Below, one piece after another: positions 55,823-64,000 of a stretch of DNA of 64,000 nt (the first letter of the stretch is position 1; each line of letters opens with the position of its first letter). The translations under genes were made by a program, and so were the position numbers. The notes under the pieces are model-generated. The model did no database searches, had not been told where the DNA came from, and was given only the letters and a program-made list of their open reading frames with translations. The stretch is from an uncultured Halanaerobiales bacterium (GTDB lineage: Bacteria; Bacillota; Halanaerobiia; Halanaerobiales; M55B127). The DNA is taken from positions 1,736 to 65,735 of the forward strand of contig CAYSHP010000007.1 in NCBI GenBank assembly GCA_964430875.1, given 5' to 3'.

Positions 55823-56299
55823 TTATTCACTCCTGTCTTTGTTAACAACACTTTCAATCGCTTCTATGATTTGTTGATAACCGGTACATCTACAGAGATT
55901 ACCCTCTATAGCAGTTTTAATCTCTTCTCTATCAGGATCCGGCTTTTCATTGAGTAATGCCTTTGCCGACATTAACATACCGGGTGTACAAAAACCACAC
56001 TGTACGGCTTGATGGTCGATAAATGCTTCTTGTAAAGGATCTAGCTTACCATCGATCTCTAATCCTTCCACAGTTAAGACTTCACTGCCATCAATCTGGA
56101 AAGTGTAGACCATACAGGAGTTAACCGCTTTGCCATCTAAAACTACTGTACAGGCTCCACATTCACCTATACTACAGCCTTCTTTAACTCCTGTCAGGTG
56201 TAATCTGTCTCTTAAGGTATCAAGTAGTCTTTCATCTGACGGAACTTTTATATTATGTTCTTTGCCATTAACGGTTAAGGTTACATTAACTTCTTCCAT
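55823..56299 (-). CDS. Xanthine dehydrogenase-type [2Fe-2S] subunit
   Basis: 158 aa. CSIGECGACTV and CGFCTPG..CRCTGY. Confidence 0.95.
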   Translation of the reverse strand: MEEVNVTLTVNGKEHNIKVPSDERLLDTLRDRLHLTGVKEGCSIGECGACTVVLDGKAVNSCMVYTFQIDGSEVLTVEGLEIDGKLDPLQEAFIDHQAVQCGFCTPGMLMSAKALLNEKPDPDREEIKTAIEGNLCRCTGYQQIIEAIESVVNKDRSE

Positions 56300-56301
56300 T
56301 A

Positions 56302-57171
56302 TTACTGCACCTCCTTAACTATTGACTGGAGGGCTCTCTTTAATAGATTACCAACAACAGGTCTTTTATAAGGAGTAGACCATCTTTCACCTGTAATACC
56401 GACCATTTCCTCGCTGGTTTTTTCAGCTAATTGTTCATAATCTATGGCTGAGAGGTCAGCTCCTGCAAGTTCTTTTTCAATTTCTTTAAATCTTGTAGCA
56501 GTAGGAGTAGCAGAGCCAAATGCTACCCTAATATCATTAAATTTATTGTCTTTAACTTTGGTAATTACAGCTAAATTAATTCTAGCTATAGCAACAGCCT
56601 GACGTCTTTTTACCTTTTGATAACAATCATAGTATTCGTCCTGTATATATGGTACCTTTACTTCCGTCATTATTTCATCTTCTTTACGGTCAGTACAATA
56701 AGGACCAGTAATAAATTCACTTAAAGGTAGTTCCCTCTTGCCGTGACTGGAATGTAAAACCACCGAAGCATCAAGAGCAATTAGGGCAGTTACTAAATCA
56801 GCTGCGGGTGAAGCATTATTGACATTACCGCCCACCGTTCCTCGATTTCTAATTTGGGTAGAGCCGATAACTTCCGCTGCTTTTTGTAAGATAGGAAACT
56901 TTTCATTTATTAATACGGAGTCCATAATTTCACTGTGAGTAACTAAAGCTCCCAGCCTTAAATACTCTCCGTTATCTTCTATAACATCTAAACCGGAAAT
57001 AGCGCTAATATCTAAAAGATACTTCATCTCTTTTAGATCATCACTTTCATGATGAATCTGTACTAACATATCGGTTCCACCGGCAACCATTTTCACTTCG
57101 TTTTTCTTATCAGCTAGTATATCTATAGCTTCATCTAGACTATTGGCCTTTAACGCTTCAAATTCTATCAT
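56302..57171 (-). CDS. Xanthine dehydrogenase-type FAD-binding subunit
   Basis: 289 aa. VAGGTDMLV and TVGGNV. Confidence 0.9.
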   Translation of the reverse strand: MIEFEALKANSLDEAIDILADKKNEVKMVAGGTDMLVQIHHESDDLKEMKYLLDISAISGLDVIEDNGEYLRLGALVTHSEIMDSVLINEKFPILQKAAEVIGSTQIRNRGTVGGNVNNASPAADLVTALIALDASVVLHSSHGKRELPLSEFITGPYCTDRKEDEIMTEVKVPYIQDEYYDCYQKVKRRQAVAIARINLAVITKVKDNKFNDIRVAFGSATPTATRFKEIEKELAGADLSAIDYEQLAEKTSEEMVGITGERWSTPYKRPVVGNLLKRALQSIVKEVQ

Positions 57172-59465
57172 TTATGATCAACCCCTTTGTGTAAGTCCTT
57201 GCCCACAATGATTTTTTCGAGGTTAAGAGGTAATGATCTAATCCTCTTTTTAGTTGCATTAGCAACAGCATTAGCAATTGCAGCTGCTCCTAATTCAAGG
57301 GTAGGTTCACCAATTGATTTAGCTCCAAAAGGACCGTTTGGATCTGGATTTTCAACAATAATTGGCTCTATATCGGGCATATCTTTGACAGTCGGTATCA
57401 TATATTCATCAAAGTTAGTGTTTTCTATATATCCTTGATCTGTTTCTATTTCTTCCATAACACCATAACCTAAGCCCATGGAAACACCGCCATAGATTTG
57501 TCCTTTAACATTAGCGGGGTTAATAGCGCGTCCTACATCATGGGCAGCTGTCATGTTTAATACATCTATTTCACCGGTGCCAGTATCAACTTCAACTTCA
57601 GCGACCTGACATCCATAGACATAAGTGAAATAGGGGCGACCATGGCCAGTTTCTTCATCCCAAGAAATATCAGGGGATACATACCAACCATAGGTAGTCA
57701 GATAAACACCTTCCATAGCGGCTTTAGAAGCCATTTCATTAATACTCATAATCTCAACATCTTTTTGACCATAAATAGAGCCATCTTTGATATAGATATC
57801 TTCTTTATCTTGGTCATATTTATCTGAAATATATTCTTTTATCTTTTCAATTAAATTATCAGCAGCTTTCTTAACAGCATTACCACCGATTAGAGTTGCC
57901 CGCGAAGCAACTGTTGAACCACTATCCGGTGAAATTAAGGTGTCAACCTGCATAAAGTTAATCTTATCAGTATCTAAACCTAATGCTTCCGCAGCCATCT
58001 GACAGTAGACAGTTTTAAGTCCCTGTCCGTTTTCTGCTAAGCCAGAATAAAGGCTTACACTACCGTCTTTTTTAAGTGATAAGATAATACCAGCTGCATC
58101 GATTGCTTCTGCACCTAAACTACAACCTCTAAAACTAATAGAAAGTCCAATACCTTTTTTCTTATCACCGGGTTGTTCTTTACTATATTCTTTATATTTT
58201 TCAACAAAGTTACTTTTTTCTACTGCCTTTGTTAATACTTCTTCTAAACTAACTTCATGATTATCAAGTTTTTGTCCACTGGCTGTAAATGAGTTATTAT
58301 GGTAGATATTTTTCATCCTCAATTCAACTGGATCCATATCTAACTCATCTGCTAGTTCATCCATCAAGGATTCCTGTGCAAAGATAACCTGTGGAGAACC
58401 ATAACCACGCATCGCACCTGTGTATACATTATTTGTATAGTATCCATAAGTATCTGTTTTAACATTATCTACTTCATAAGGACCTGTGGCCTGTACTACA
58501 GATCTCCAGGTTACAAAAGGAGTCTGGCAGGCATAGGCTCCACTGTCTGCAACAGCTTCAATTTCCATAGCCTGAATCTTGCCATCTTCAGTTGCACCTA
58601 TCTTATACTTCATATGATAGGGATGTCTTTTATAACTTTCTTTAATAGATTCATCTCGACTATTTACAAGTTTTATAGGCCTTTCAGTTTTTAAAGCTAA
58701 AACTGAAGCTCTAGCGGCCATAGATGAAATAACTTCATCCTTACCTCCAAAAGAACCGCCCATATGGTTTTGAACAATTCTTACCTTATTTAAGTCTTCC
58801 TGTAAAACGGTTGCTACTGCATTTTGGGTAGCAAAAGGATTTTGAACTGAACCATAAACGGTGACAGTTGAATTTTCTTGATAAGGAACTGCAACTACCG
58901 CTTCCGGTTCAATATATGACTGTTCAATAAAGGGAGTATCATATTCCCTTTCTATAATTACATCTGAGTTTTCAAAACCTTTTTTCGGATCTCCTTTTCT
59001 CAAAGGGTGATGGATGACTTGATTGTCTTCTAAATCTTCATGTACTAACTGTGCATCTTCTTCTCTTGCCTCTAAAGGGTCATATATACCTTCTAACTCT
59101 TCATATTCCACCTCAATCTTTTCAGCTGCTTTAGCAGCCTGCTTAGCTGTTTCAGCTGCAACTACGGCTATACCATCACCTATATATAATGCTTTTTCTT
59201 TAGCTAGCACTTGTTGATTTTCAATAATTACACCAAATTCATTATTAGGTATATCGGCGGCTGTAATTACTGCTACTACGCCCGGCATTTTTTCCGCGTT
59301 TGTAGTATCTATACTCTTGATCTTCGCATAAGGATATTCAGTATGAAGAACTTTTCCATAAAGCATATCTGGAAATCTCATATCTGCTCCATACTTTGCT
59401 TTACCGGTTACTTTTTCGTAAACATCTACTCTTTTTTCTGATTTGTTTACATGTGCAAACTCCAT
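57168..59465 (-). CDS. Xanthine dehydrogenase-type molybdopterin subunit (full length)
   Basis: 765 aa. GGSFGGKDE, GAMRGYG and SIGEPTL motifs. Confidence 0.95.
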   Translation of the reverse strand: MEFAHVNKSEKRVDVYEKVTGKAKYGADMRFPDMLYGKVLHTEYPYAKIKSIDTTNAEKMPGVVAVITAADIPNNEFGVIIENQQVLAKEKALYIGDGIAVVAAETAKQAAKAAEKIEVEYEELEGIYDPLEAREEDAQLVHEDLEDNQVIHHPLRKGDPKKGFENSDVIIEREYDTPFIEQSYIEPEAVVAVPYQENSTVTVYGSVQNPFATQNAVATVLQEDLNKVRIVQNHMGGSFGGKDEVISSMAARASVLALKTERPIKLVNSRDESIKESYKRHPYHMKYKIGATEDGKIQAMEIEAVADSGAYACQTPFVTWRSVVQATGPYEVDNVKTDTYGYYTNNVYTGAMRGYGSPQVIFAQESLMDELADELDMDPVELRMKNIYHNNSFTASGQKLDNHEVSLEEVLTKAVEKSNFVEKYKEYSKEQPGDKKKGIGLSISFRGCSLGAEAIDAAGIILSLKKDGSVSLYSGLAENGQGLKTVYCQMAAEALGLDTDKINFMQVDTLISPDSGSTVASRATLIGGNAVKKAADNLIEKIKEYISDKYDQDKEDIYIKDGSIYGQKDVEIMSINEMASKAAMEGVYLTTYGWYVSPDISWDEETGHGRPYFTYVYGCQVAEVEVDTGTGEIDVLNMTAAHDVGRAINPANVKGQIYGGVSMGLGYGVMEEIETDQGYIENTNFDEYMIPTVKDMPDIEPIIVENPDPNGPFGAKSIGEPTLELGAAAIANAVANATKKRIRSLPLNLEKIIVGKDLHKGVDHK

Positions 59466-59577
59466 TAAAACACCTCCATTTTTTAATCTTAAACAGAACT
59501 TTCTTATTTCCTGTTTTCTTTTTATATCACTTTTAATTACTAGTTAGTTTATATGTTTAGTCATATATCTCAATTTC

Positions 59578-59586
59578 ATTATATCA
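59578..59586 (-). promoter_or_regulatory. Extended -10 promoter element (TGATATAAT) upstream of the xdh-type operon
   Basis: The minus strand reads GTGTGATATAAT about 110 nt upstream of the Mo-subunit ATG. The -35 element is poor (TTAAAA). Confidence 0.45.
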
Positions 59587-59623
59587 CACTAAAAACAATA
59601 TTTTTAATATTTCCCGTCTTTTC

Positions 59624-60991
59624 TTAACATTCAATACGTTTTTCTTTTCGGGGTAAAAGTAAGTTAAGTAAGATAGCACTTATAGCACCAACAGTTATTC
59701 CAGATGATAAAACTGTAGAAAGTATATTAGGTAACTTACTCACTATATCTGGCCTAAAAGTTACTCCTAAGCCGACACTTAAAGCTATTGAAAGGATAAA
59801 AATCTTACGATCTGTTAAACCACCCCTTACAATTATTTTCATACCAGAAGTAGCTACCATACCGAATAAAGCTATAGTTGCTCCTCCCAGAACAGGTTTA
59901 GGCATCACACTAATTAAAGCACCAATTTTAGGTAAAAGTCCTAAAATTACCAGGATCCCTGCCACTGCATAACCAACTACTCTACTGCCCACCTTGGTCA
60001 TTTGAATAACTCCCACATTTTGACTAAAGGTAGTATTAGGCATTGTGTTAAAGATTGCCGCGATGGCTGAACCTACACCATCAGCCAGGATACCCCCACT
60101 GATTCTTTCTCGATAAAGGTCACCTTCAACAGGTTCTCCAGAAACTTCTGAAATCGCAGTTAAGTCTCCAATTGATTCAATTGATGTAATAATATAAGCT
60201 ATAATCCAGGGCAATAAATGTGATATTCTAAAGGACATTCCAAATTTAAATGGTACAGGAACTGTAAACCAGCCAGCATCAGCGACAGGCTGAAAATCAA
60301 CTATACCTAAAGGTATTGAAACTATATAACCTGCTACTAAACCAATAGCTACTGCTCCTACCTTGATTAAACCATTTCCAAATCTATTTGCAATTACAAT
60401 AATTACTAGAACAAAGGTACCTAATAATAGATTTTGAACACTTCCAAAGTTTTCAGCACCTACTCCTCCACCAAAATCCGTTATACCAACTTCCATTAAA
60501 CCTAAACCAATAAGCATAACCACTACACCTGTTACTACAGGTGGAAAAAGTTTTTTAGTTTGTTTAATAAATCTACTAATTACCATTTCCACAGGAGAAG
60601 CTGCTAAAGCCATCCCTAAGACCAAGGCTAAACCACCAGTATTAACAGCTGAAATAGCCATTGGCACAAAAGTGAAGCTAGTACCATGTACACCTAACAA
60701 ACCAGATCCTACTGGTCCAAATTTACGACATTGAATATAAGAAGCTACCCCTGAAACAATAAGGGCCATATTAACAAAAAAAGCTGATTCAGCTGCATTT
60801 AATCCGGCTGCTCCGGCAATAATTAGAGGTGGTGTAATTATACCTACAAACATAGCTAACATATGTTGAAATCCCAATAGGATAGTTTCACCCGTAGGTG
60901 GTCTATCTTCTAATTCATAATATGCTTCCTCTTCGACCACAGTTTCATATTCCTGTTCTTTTGCTTTTTGGTCCTCTACTTTTTTACTCAT
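59624..60991 (-). CDS. NCS2 uracil/xanthine/uric-acid permease
   Basis: The start is moved to ATG at 60991 (RBS AAAGGAGAG). 12-14 TM segments, with a TFSQNVGV motif typical of xanthine/urate NCS2 carriers. Confidence 0.9.
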   Translation of the reverse strand: MSKKVEDQKAKEQEYETVVEEEAYYELEDRPPTGETILLGFQHMLAMFVGIITPPLIIAGAAGLNAAESAFFVNMALIVSGVASYIQCRKFGPVGSGLLGVHGTSFTFVPMAISAVNTGGLALVLGMALAASPVEMVISRFIKQTKKLFPPVVTGVVVMLIGLGLMEVGITDFGGGVGAENFGSVQNLLLGTFVLVIIVIANRFGNGLIKVGAVAIGLVAGYIVSIPLGIVDFQPVADAGWFTVPVPFKFGMSFRISHLLPWIIAYIITSIESIGDLTAISEVSGEPVEGDLYRERISGGILADGVGSAIAAIFNTMPNTTFSQNVGVIQMTKVGSRVVGYAVAGILVILGLLPKIGALISVMPKPVLGGATIALFGMVATSGMKIIVRGGLTDRKIFILSIALSVGLGVTFRPDIVSKLPNILSTVLSSGITVGAISAILLNLLLPRKEKRIEC

Positions 60992-61033
60992 ATTAACTCT
61001 CCTTTTTATAATATTCAAAAATTTTTTAAATGG

Positions 61034-61060
61034 AGAAAAAACGGAGATGATATCTCCGCT
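61034..61060 (-). terminator. Intrinsic terminator after ygeW, about 45 nt upstream of the permease start
   Basis: Minus strand CGGAGAU-AUC-AUCUCCG followed by UUUUUUCUCC. Confidence 0.8.
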
Positions 61061-61170
61061 TTTATTTGTATGAAATTAATGATAATGGTAAGTAAACTTT
61101 AAGTAGTATTTTTTAGAAGATTATTGCTATTAAAGTAATCTTTTTGTATAGAAAATATTTATATTAACGA

Positions 61171-62154
61171 TTATTTGCCACCCATTGTTAAAGCCATCAC
61201 AGCTTTAGCGGTATGAAGTCTGTTTTCAGCTTCATCATAAACGATAGAGTGGGGTCCATCTATTACAGAGTCTTCTACTTCATTGCCTCTATCTGCAGGC
61301 AGAGCATGCATGTACATAACATCTTCATCTGCCATTGCCATCATCTCTTCTGTACATTTCCAATCTTTATGTGATTCTAGGTTATCATCTATTACCTCAT
61401 CACTTTGATTTGTAACCCAGCTGCCCCAGTTTTTAGGAATAACTATATCGGCATCAGTATAGGCTACTTCCATATCATGAGTAATCTTAAATGAACCACC
61501 ATGTTTTTCAGCATTCGCTCTGGACTGTTCAATTACCCAATCAGGTAAGTCATAACCTTCTGGATAAGCTAAAGTAACATCCATTCCGAATCTTGGGAAG
61601 AGAAGTGATTGAGTTACCGGAACTGAAATCGGTTTCTTATGGCTTGTTGCATAAGCCCAAATGATAGAAATTTTTAAATTTCGGATTTTTTCTCTTTTTT
61701 CCATAATAGTCATTAAATCCGCAATACCCTGCATTGGATGGTAAAGATCATCTTGTAAACTTAATATAGGTACAGGAGCCCATTTAGCTAAACTTGTTAA
61801 ATAATCATTACCAATACCCCAATCACAGTTACGACAGGCTATCATATGACCGTATCTACCTAAGATAATAGCTGTGTCTTTAGCTACTTCACCGTGAGAA
61901 ACCTGCATGGTAGAAGTATCTAAAAAGTTAGCATGTCCACCTAATTGAGCTAAACCAGCTTCCATAGAGTTTCTAGTTCTTGTTGATTGTTCAAAAAACA
62001 TCAACATACCAGTTTTGTTATTTAAATAAGGTGTATCAAGACCCATTGCGAATTTCTTTTTTAAGTCAAAAGAGACTTCTAATAATGTATCAAGTTCTTC
62101 CTTTGACCAATCTTGTAAAGTTATAAAGTCTTTTCCTCTAAATTCAGTTTTCAT
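61171..62154 (-). CDS. ygeW: YgeW-type (knotted) carbamoyltransferase
   Basis: 327 aa. STRTR and HPMQ motifs. WAYATSHKKPISVP..RFGMDVTLAYPEGYDL and KDWKCTEEMM closely parallel E. coli YgeW as I remember it. Confidence 0.82.
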   Translation of the reverse strand: MKTEFRGKDFITLQDWSKEELDTLLEVSFDLKKKFAMGLDTPYLNNKTGMLMFFEQSTRTRNSMEAGLAQLGGHANFLDTSTMQVSHGEVAKDTAIILGRYGHMIACRNCDWGIGNDYLTSLAKWAPVPILSLQDDLYHPMQGIADLMTIMEKREKIRNLKISIIWAYATSHKKPISVPVTQSLLFPRFGMDVTLAYPEGYDLPDWVIEQSRANAEKHGGSFKITHDMEVAYTDADIVIPKNWGSWVTNQSDEVIDDNLESHKDWKCTEEMMAMADEDVMYMHALPADRGNEVEDSVIDGPHSIVYDEAENRLHTAKAVMALTMGGK

Positions 62155-62174
62155 CTTATTATTCCTCCTTGAAA

Positions 62175-63416
62175 TTATTCAACAATATTTTTGGTTATTT
62201 CAGGCATTTTATTAGCATAGTCATTTACATAAATTGATGGTATCAATGCATAGAAAGCGGCTGCTTTTACTAATTCATCTTTCCAGGTTTTTTCATTAGG
62301 AGCATGTGCCTGATCTTCATGCCCAGGTCCAAAACCTATACAAGGAATTCCATGTCTTCCCATAATTGAAACCCCATTAGTAGAAAAAGTCCATTTGTCA
62401 ACTAAGGGTTCATCATCAAATAATTTTTTATAAGAATCAACAAGAGTATCACAAACTGGGTGATCCTCTTCAATTACCCAGGTTGGAAAATAGGATTCAA
62501 TTGGATAACTTAGTCCAGTATAGGAAGGTCTTTCATACTCATACATCTCAACATCAGCCTTGGCTTCTTTAACTGAAGGTAAGTTTCTTATTTGTTGTAG
62601 AGCAAATTCCCAGGTTTCACCGGCTGTTAGTCTTCTATCAATTGAAATTGAACAGCCGTCAGCTACTGCACACCTAGATGGTGAGCTAAAAAATATCTCA
62701 GAAACGGTTAATGTACCTTTGCCTAAAAACTCATCATATTTTAGATTCTCATTTAATGCCTTTAACTCATTAATAATAGGTGCCATCTTATAAATAGCAT
62801 TATCTCCCCGGCTCGGAGCTGATCCATGACAGCTAACACCGTGTGTGGTTACCTTAATTTCCATCCGACCGCGGTGCCCGCGATATATGTTACAAGAAGA
62901 TGGTTCGGTAATAACCACAAATTCAGGTCTAATATCTTCTTCTTCAATCATATAATGCCAGCAGAGACCATCACAATCTTCTTCCTGGACAGTACCGGTT
63001 ACTACTAAAGTATAATCATCTTCTAAGCCTAAATCTTTAATAATCTTTCCAGCATAAACCATAGAAGCCATTCCGCCTTCCTGGTCACTAGCACCTCTAC
63101 CTCCAATTACTTCATCATCTTCATAGCCTTCTAAGGGGTCAAAGTCCCAGAGCTCTTCATCCCCTAAACCAACGGTATCTATATGGGCATCCATAGCAAT
63201 CAGATGATCTCCATGTCCTATGTATCCTAGTACATTCCCCATATCATCAATTTCAACTTTATCAAAACCTACTTTTTCCATTTCTTCTTTTATTCTCAAA
63301 ATAACATCTTTTTCCTGACAGCTTTCACTTGGAATCGCTATCATATCTCTTAAAAATTTTGAAATATCTGGACGATATTTTTCAGCTTGTTTTAAAATTT
63401 CCGAAAAATCTTTCAT
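62175..63416 (-). CDS. ygeY: YgeY-type M20 peptidase/amidohydrolase
   Basis: 413 aa. An M20 metal-ligand pattern ([21 protein letters not shown]) in the YgeY context next to ygeW. Confidence 0.82.
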   Translation of the reverse strand: MKDFSEILKQAEKYRPDISKFLRDMIAIPSESCQEKDVILRIKEEMEKVGFDKVEIDDMGNVLGYIGHGDHLIAMDAHIDTVGLGDEELWDFDPLEGYEDDEVIGGRGASDQEGGMASMVYAGKIIKDLGLEDDYTLVVTGTVQEEDCDGLCWHYMIEEEDIRPEFVVITEPSSCNIYRGHRGRMEIKVTTHGVSCHGSAPSRGDNAIYKMAPIINELKALNENLKYDEFLGKGTLTVSEIFFSSPSRCAVADGCSISIDRRLTAGETWEFALQQIRNLPSVKEAKADVEMYEYERPSYTGLSYPIESYFPTWVIEEDHPVCDTLVDSYKKLFDDEPLVDKWTFSTNGVSIMGRHGIPCIGFGPGHEDQAHAPNEKTWKDELVKAAAFYALIPSIYVNDYANKMPEITKNIVE

Positions 63417-63449
63417 CTTTATATAACCTCCATTATTGATAATTGATAA

Positions 63450-63989
63450 TTAAAAGTTTGGTGGTGTAATAGCTGAAATAAATACAAGATCTTCTTTTCC
63501 AATACTGGTTATTTTATGAGGAAGGTTGGCATTATAATAAATACTGTCACCCTTATCTAACTCATATCTTTCACTACCAATTGTAATTTGCATCTTTCCT
63601 TGAATGACAATACTTACTTCTTCACCATTATGGGATAATGGTTTCTCTAAAGTACTAGCTCCCGGCTCAAGTCTTGCTTCAATCATCTCAATATCGTGGT
63701 CGAGATCAGGTGATATTAGTTCAAAGGTTAAATTAGAACCTGGAAATCTAAGTACTTTTCTATCTTCTTTTCTAACTACTGCATTGTGTTTTTGATCTTC
63801 AATTAAAAAGTAAAATATCGGTACATTTAATGCTTTTGATATCTCCCTTAAAGCTGTTATAGAGGGTTCAGCTAAGCCTCGTTCAACCTGACTTAAATAA
63901 CTAGAGGTTTTGCCAATCTTTTCTGCTAATACCGATAGGCTGAGACCTTGAGTTTTTCTTATATTTCTAATCTTTTCACCCATCTTCAT
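63450..63989 (-). CDS. XRE-HTH / cupin-domain transcriptional regulator
   Basis: 179 aa. N-terminal HTH (LSLSVLAEKIGKTSSYLSQVERG) and a C-terminal cupin (GEEVSIVIQGKM..GDSIYYNANLPHK). Confidence 0.85.
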   Translation of the reverse strand: MKMGEKIRNIRKTQGLSLSVLAEKIGKTSSYLSQVERGLAEPSITALREISKALNVPIFYFLIEDQKHNAVVRKEDRKVLRFPGSNLTFELISPDLDHDIEMIEARLEPGASTLEKPLSHNGEEVSIVIQGKMQITIGSERYELDKGDSIYYNANLPHKITSIGKEDLVFISAITPPNF

Positions 63990-64000
63990 ATTGGCTTCCA

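Noticed and set aside
59466-59623. Searched for purine (guanine/adenine) or Moco riboswitches upstream of the xdh operon, and also in 61019-61170, 45952-46043 and 39500-39685
   Set aside because: The conserved cores are absent on either strand (for example UAUAAU..GUUUCUACC..CCGUAAA for the purine class, or the GC-rich Moco motif). These leaders are simply AT-rich.
1-64000. Looked for CRISPR arrays, transposases, integrases, phage genes, toxin-antitoxin pairs, recognisable defence systems, tRNA/rRNA genes and in-frame TGA (selenocysteine) read-through candidates in the selenium-related purine genes
   Set aside because: No regularly spaced direct repeats, recombinase motifs or cloverleaf-like GC-rich segments were seen. 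No pair of adjacent same-frame ORFs is separated by a single TGA. The only repeat structures found are the AKR 3'-end duplication and the TetR operator array.

Overview
AT-rich (roughly 30% GC by eye) Firmicutes-type chromosomal segment. My guess is a halophilic, diderm clostridial lineage such as Halanaerobiales, based on acidic proteins and on both solute-binding proteins carrying SPase-I signal peptides without a lipobox Cys; this is low confidence. I support about 62 protein genes, nearly all on the minus strand. I see no rRNA, tRNA, CRISPR array, transposase or integrase.

The window falls into four blocks:
- (1) 1-16.9 kb: a c-di-GMP and chemotaxis island. It holds three GGDEF sensors, one of them a GGDEF/HD-GYP hybrid cut by the window edge and missing from the ORF track. 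It also holds a MEDS-PAS-GAF-HD-GYP protein, a minimal mcp-cheY-cheA-cheW-cheW operon, and a divergent XRE-HTH-PAS protein whose HD-GYP domain looks catalytically dead.
- (2) 17-24 kb: stress and housekeeping genes. These are hsp20 with a CtsR-like operator, a PHP phosphoesterase, a LonC-type protease with degenerate Walker motifs, a HyuA-like hydantoinase and an orphan phoU.
- (3) 24-39.5 kb: two TetR regulators with a four-copy operator array, an ABC-2 exporter, an MFS cassette flanked by a duplicated gene end, and an AKR/Fe-S-psuK-psuG operon. It also holds a cation/proton antiporter with DUF190 and a BMP-type nucleoside ABC importer.
- (4) 39.7-64 kb: a co-directional anaerobic purine/urate catabolism supercluster resembling the E. 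coli ygeW-ygfU region. It carries two NCS2 permeases, adenine deaminase, a COG0402 deaminase, SsnA, YgeW and YgeY. It also has two paralogous molybdenum hydroxylases (a 3-subunit XdhABC type and a 4-subunit type with a split Mo subunit), a PreA-like flavoprotein, a THEP1-like NTPase, MocA, a ModE-like regulator and a permease-less type-II ABC pair.

The most notable things absent from the ORF track:
- a class-I c-di-GMP riboswitch with an OFF-type terminator ahead of the che operon;
- a fluoride (crcB-motif) riboswitch ahead of the antiporter/DUF190 pair;
- an orphan promoter-to-terminator unit that could be a roughly 115-nt small RNA.

The best candidates for undescribed biology are the riboswitch/degenerate-HD-GYP/che circuit and the uncharacterised members of the purine island. 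All calls rest on reading the sequence and remembered family motifs. No database search was run.
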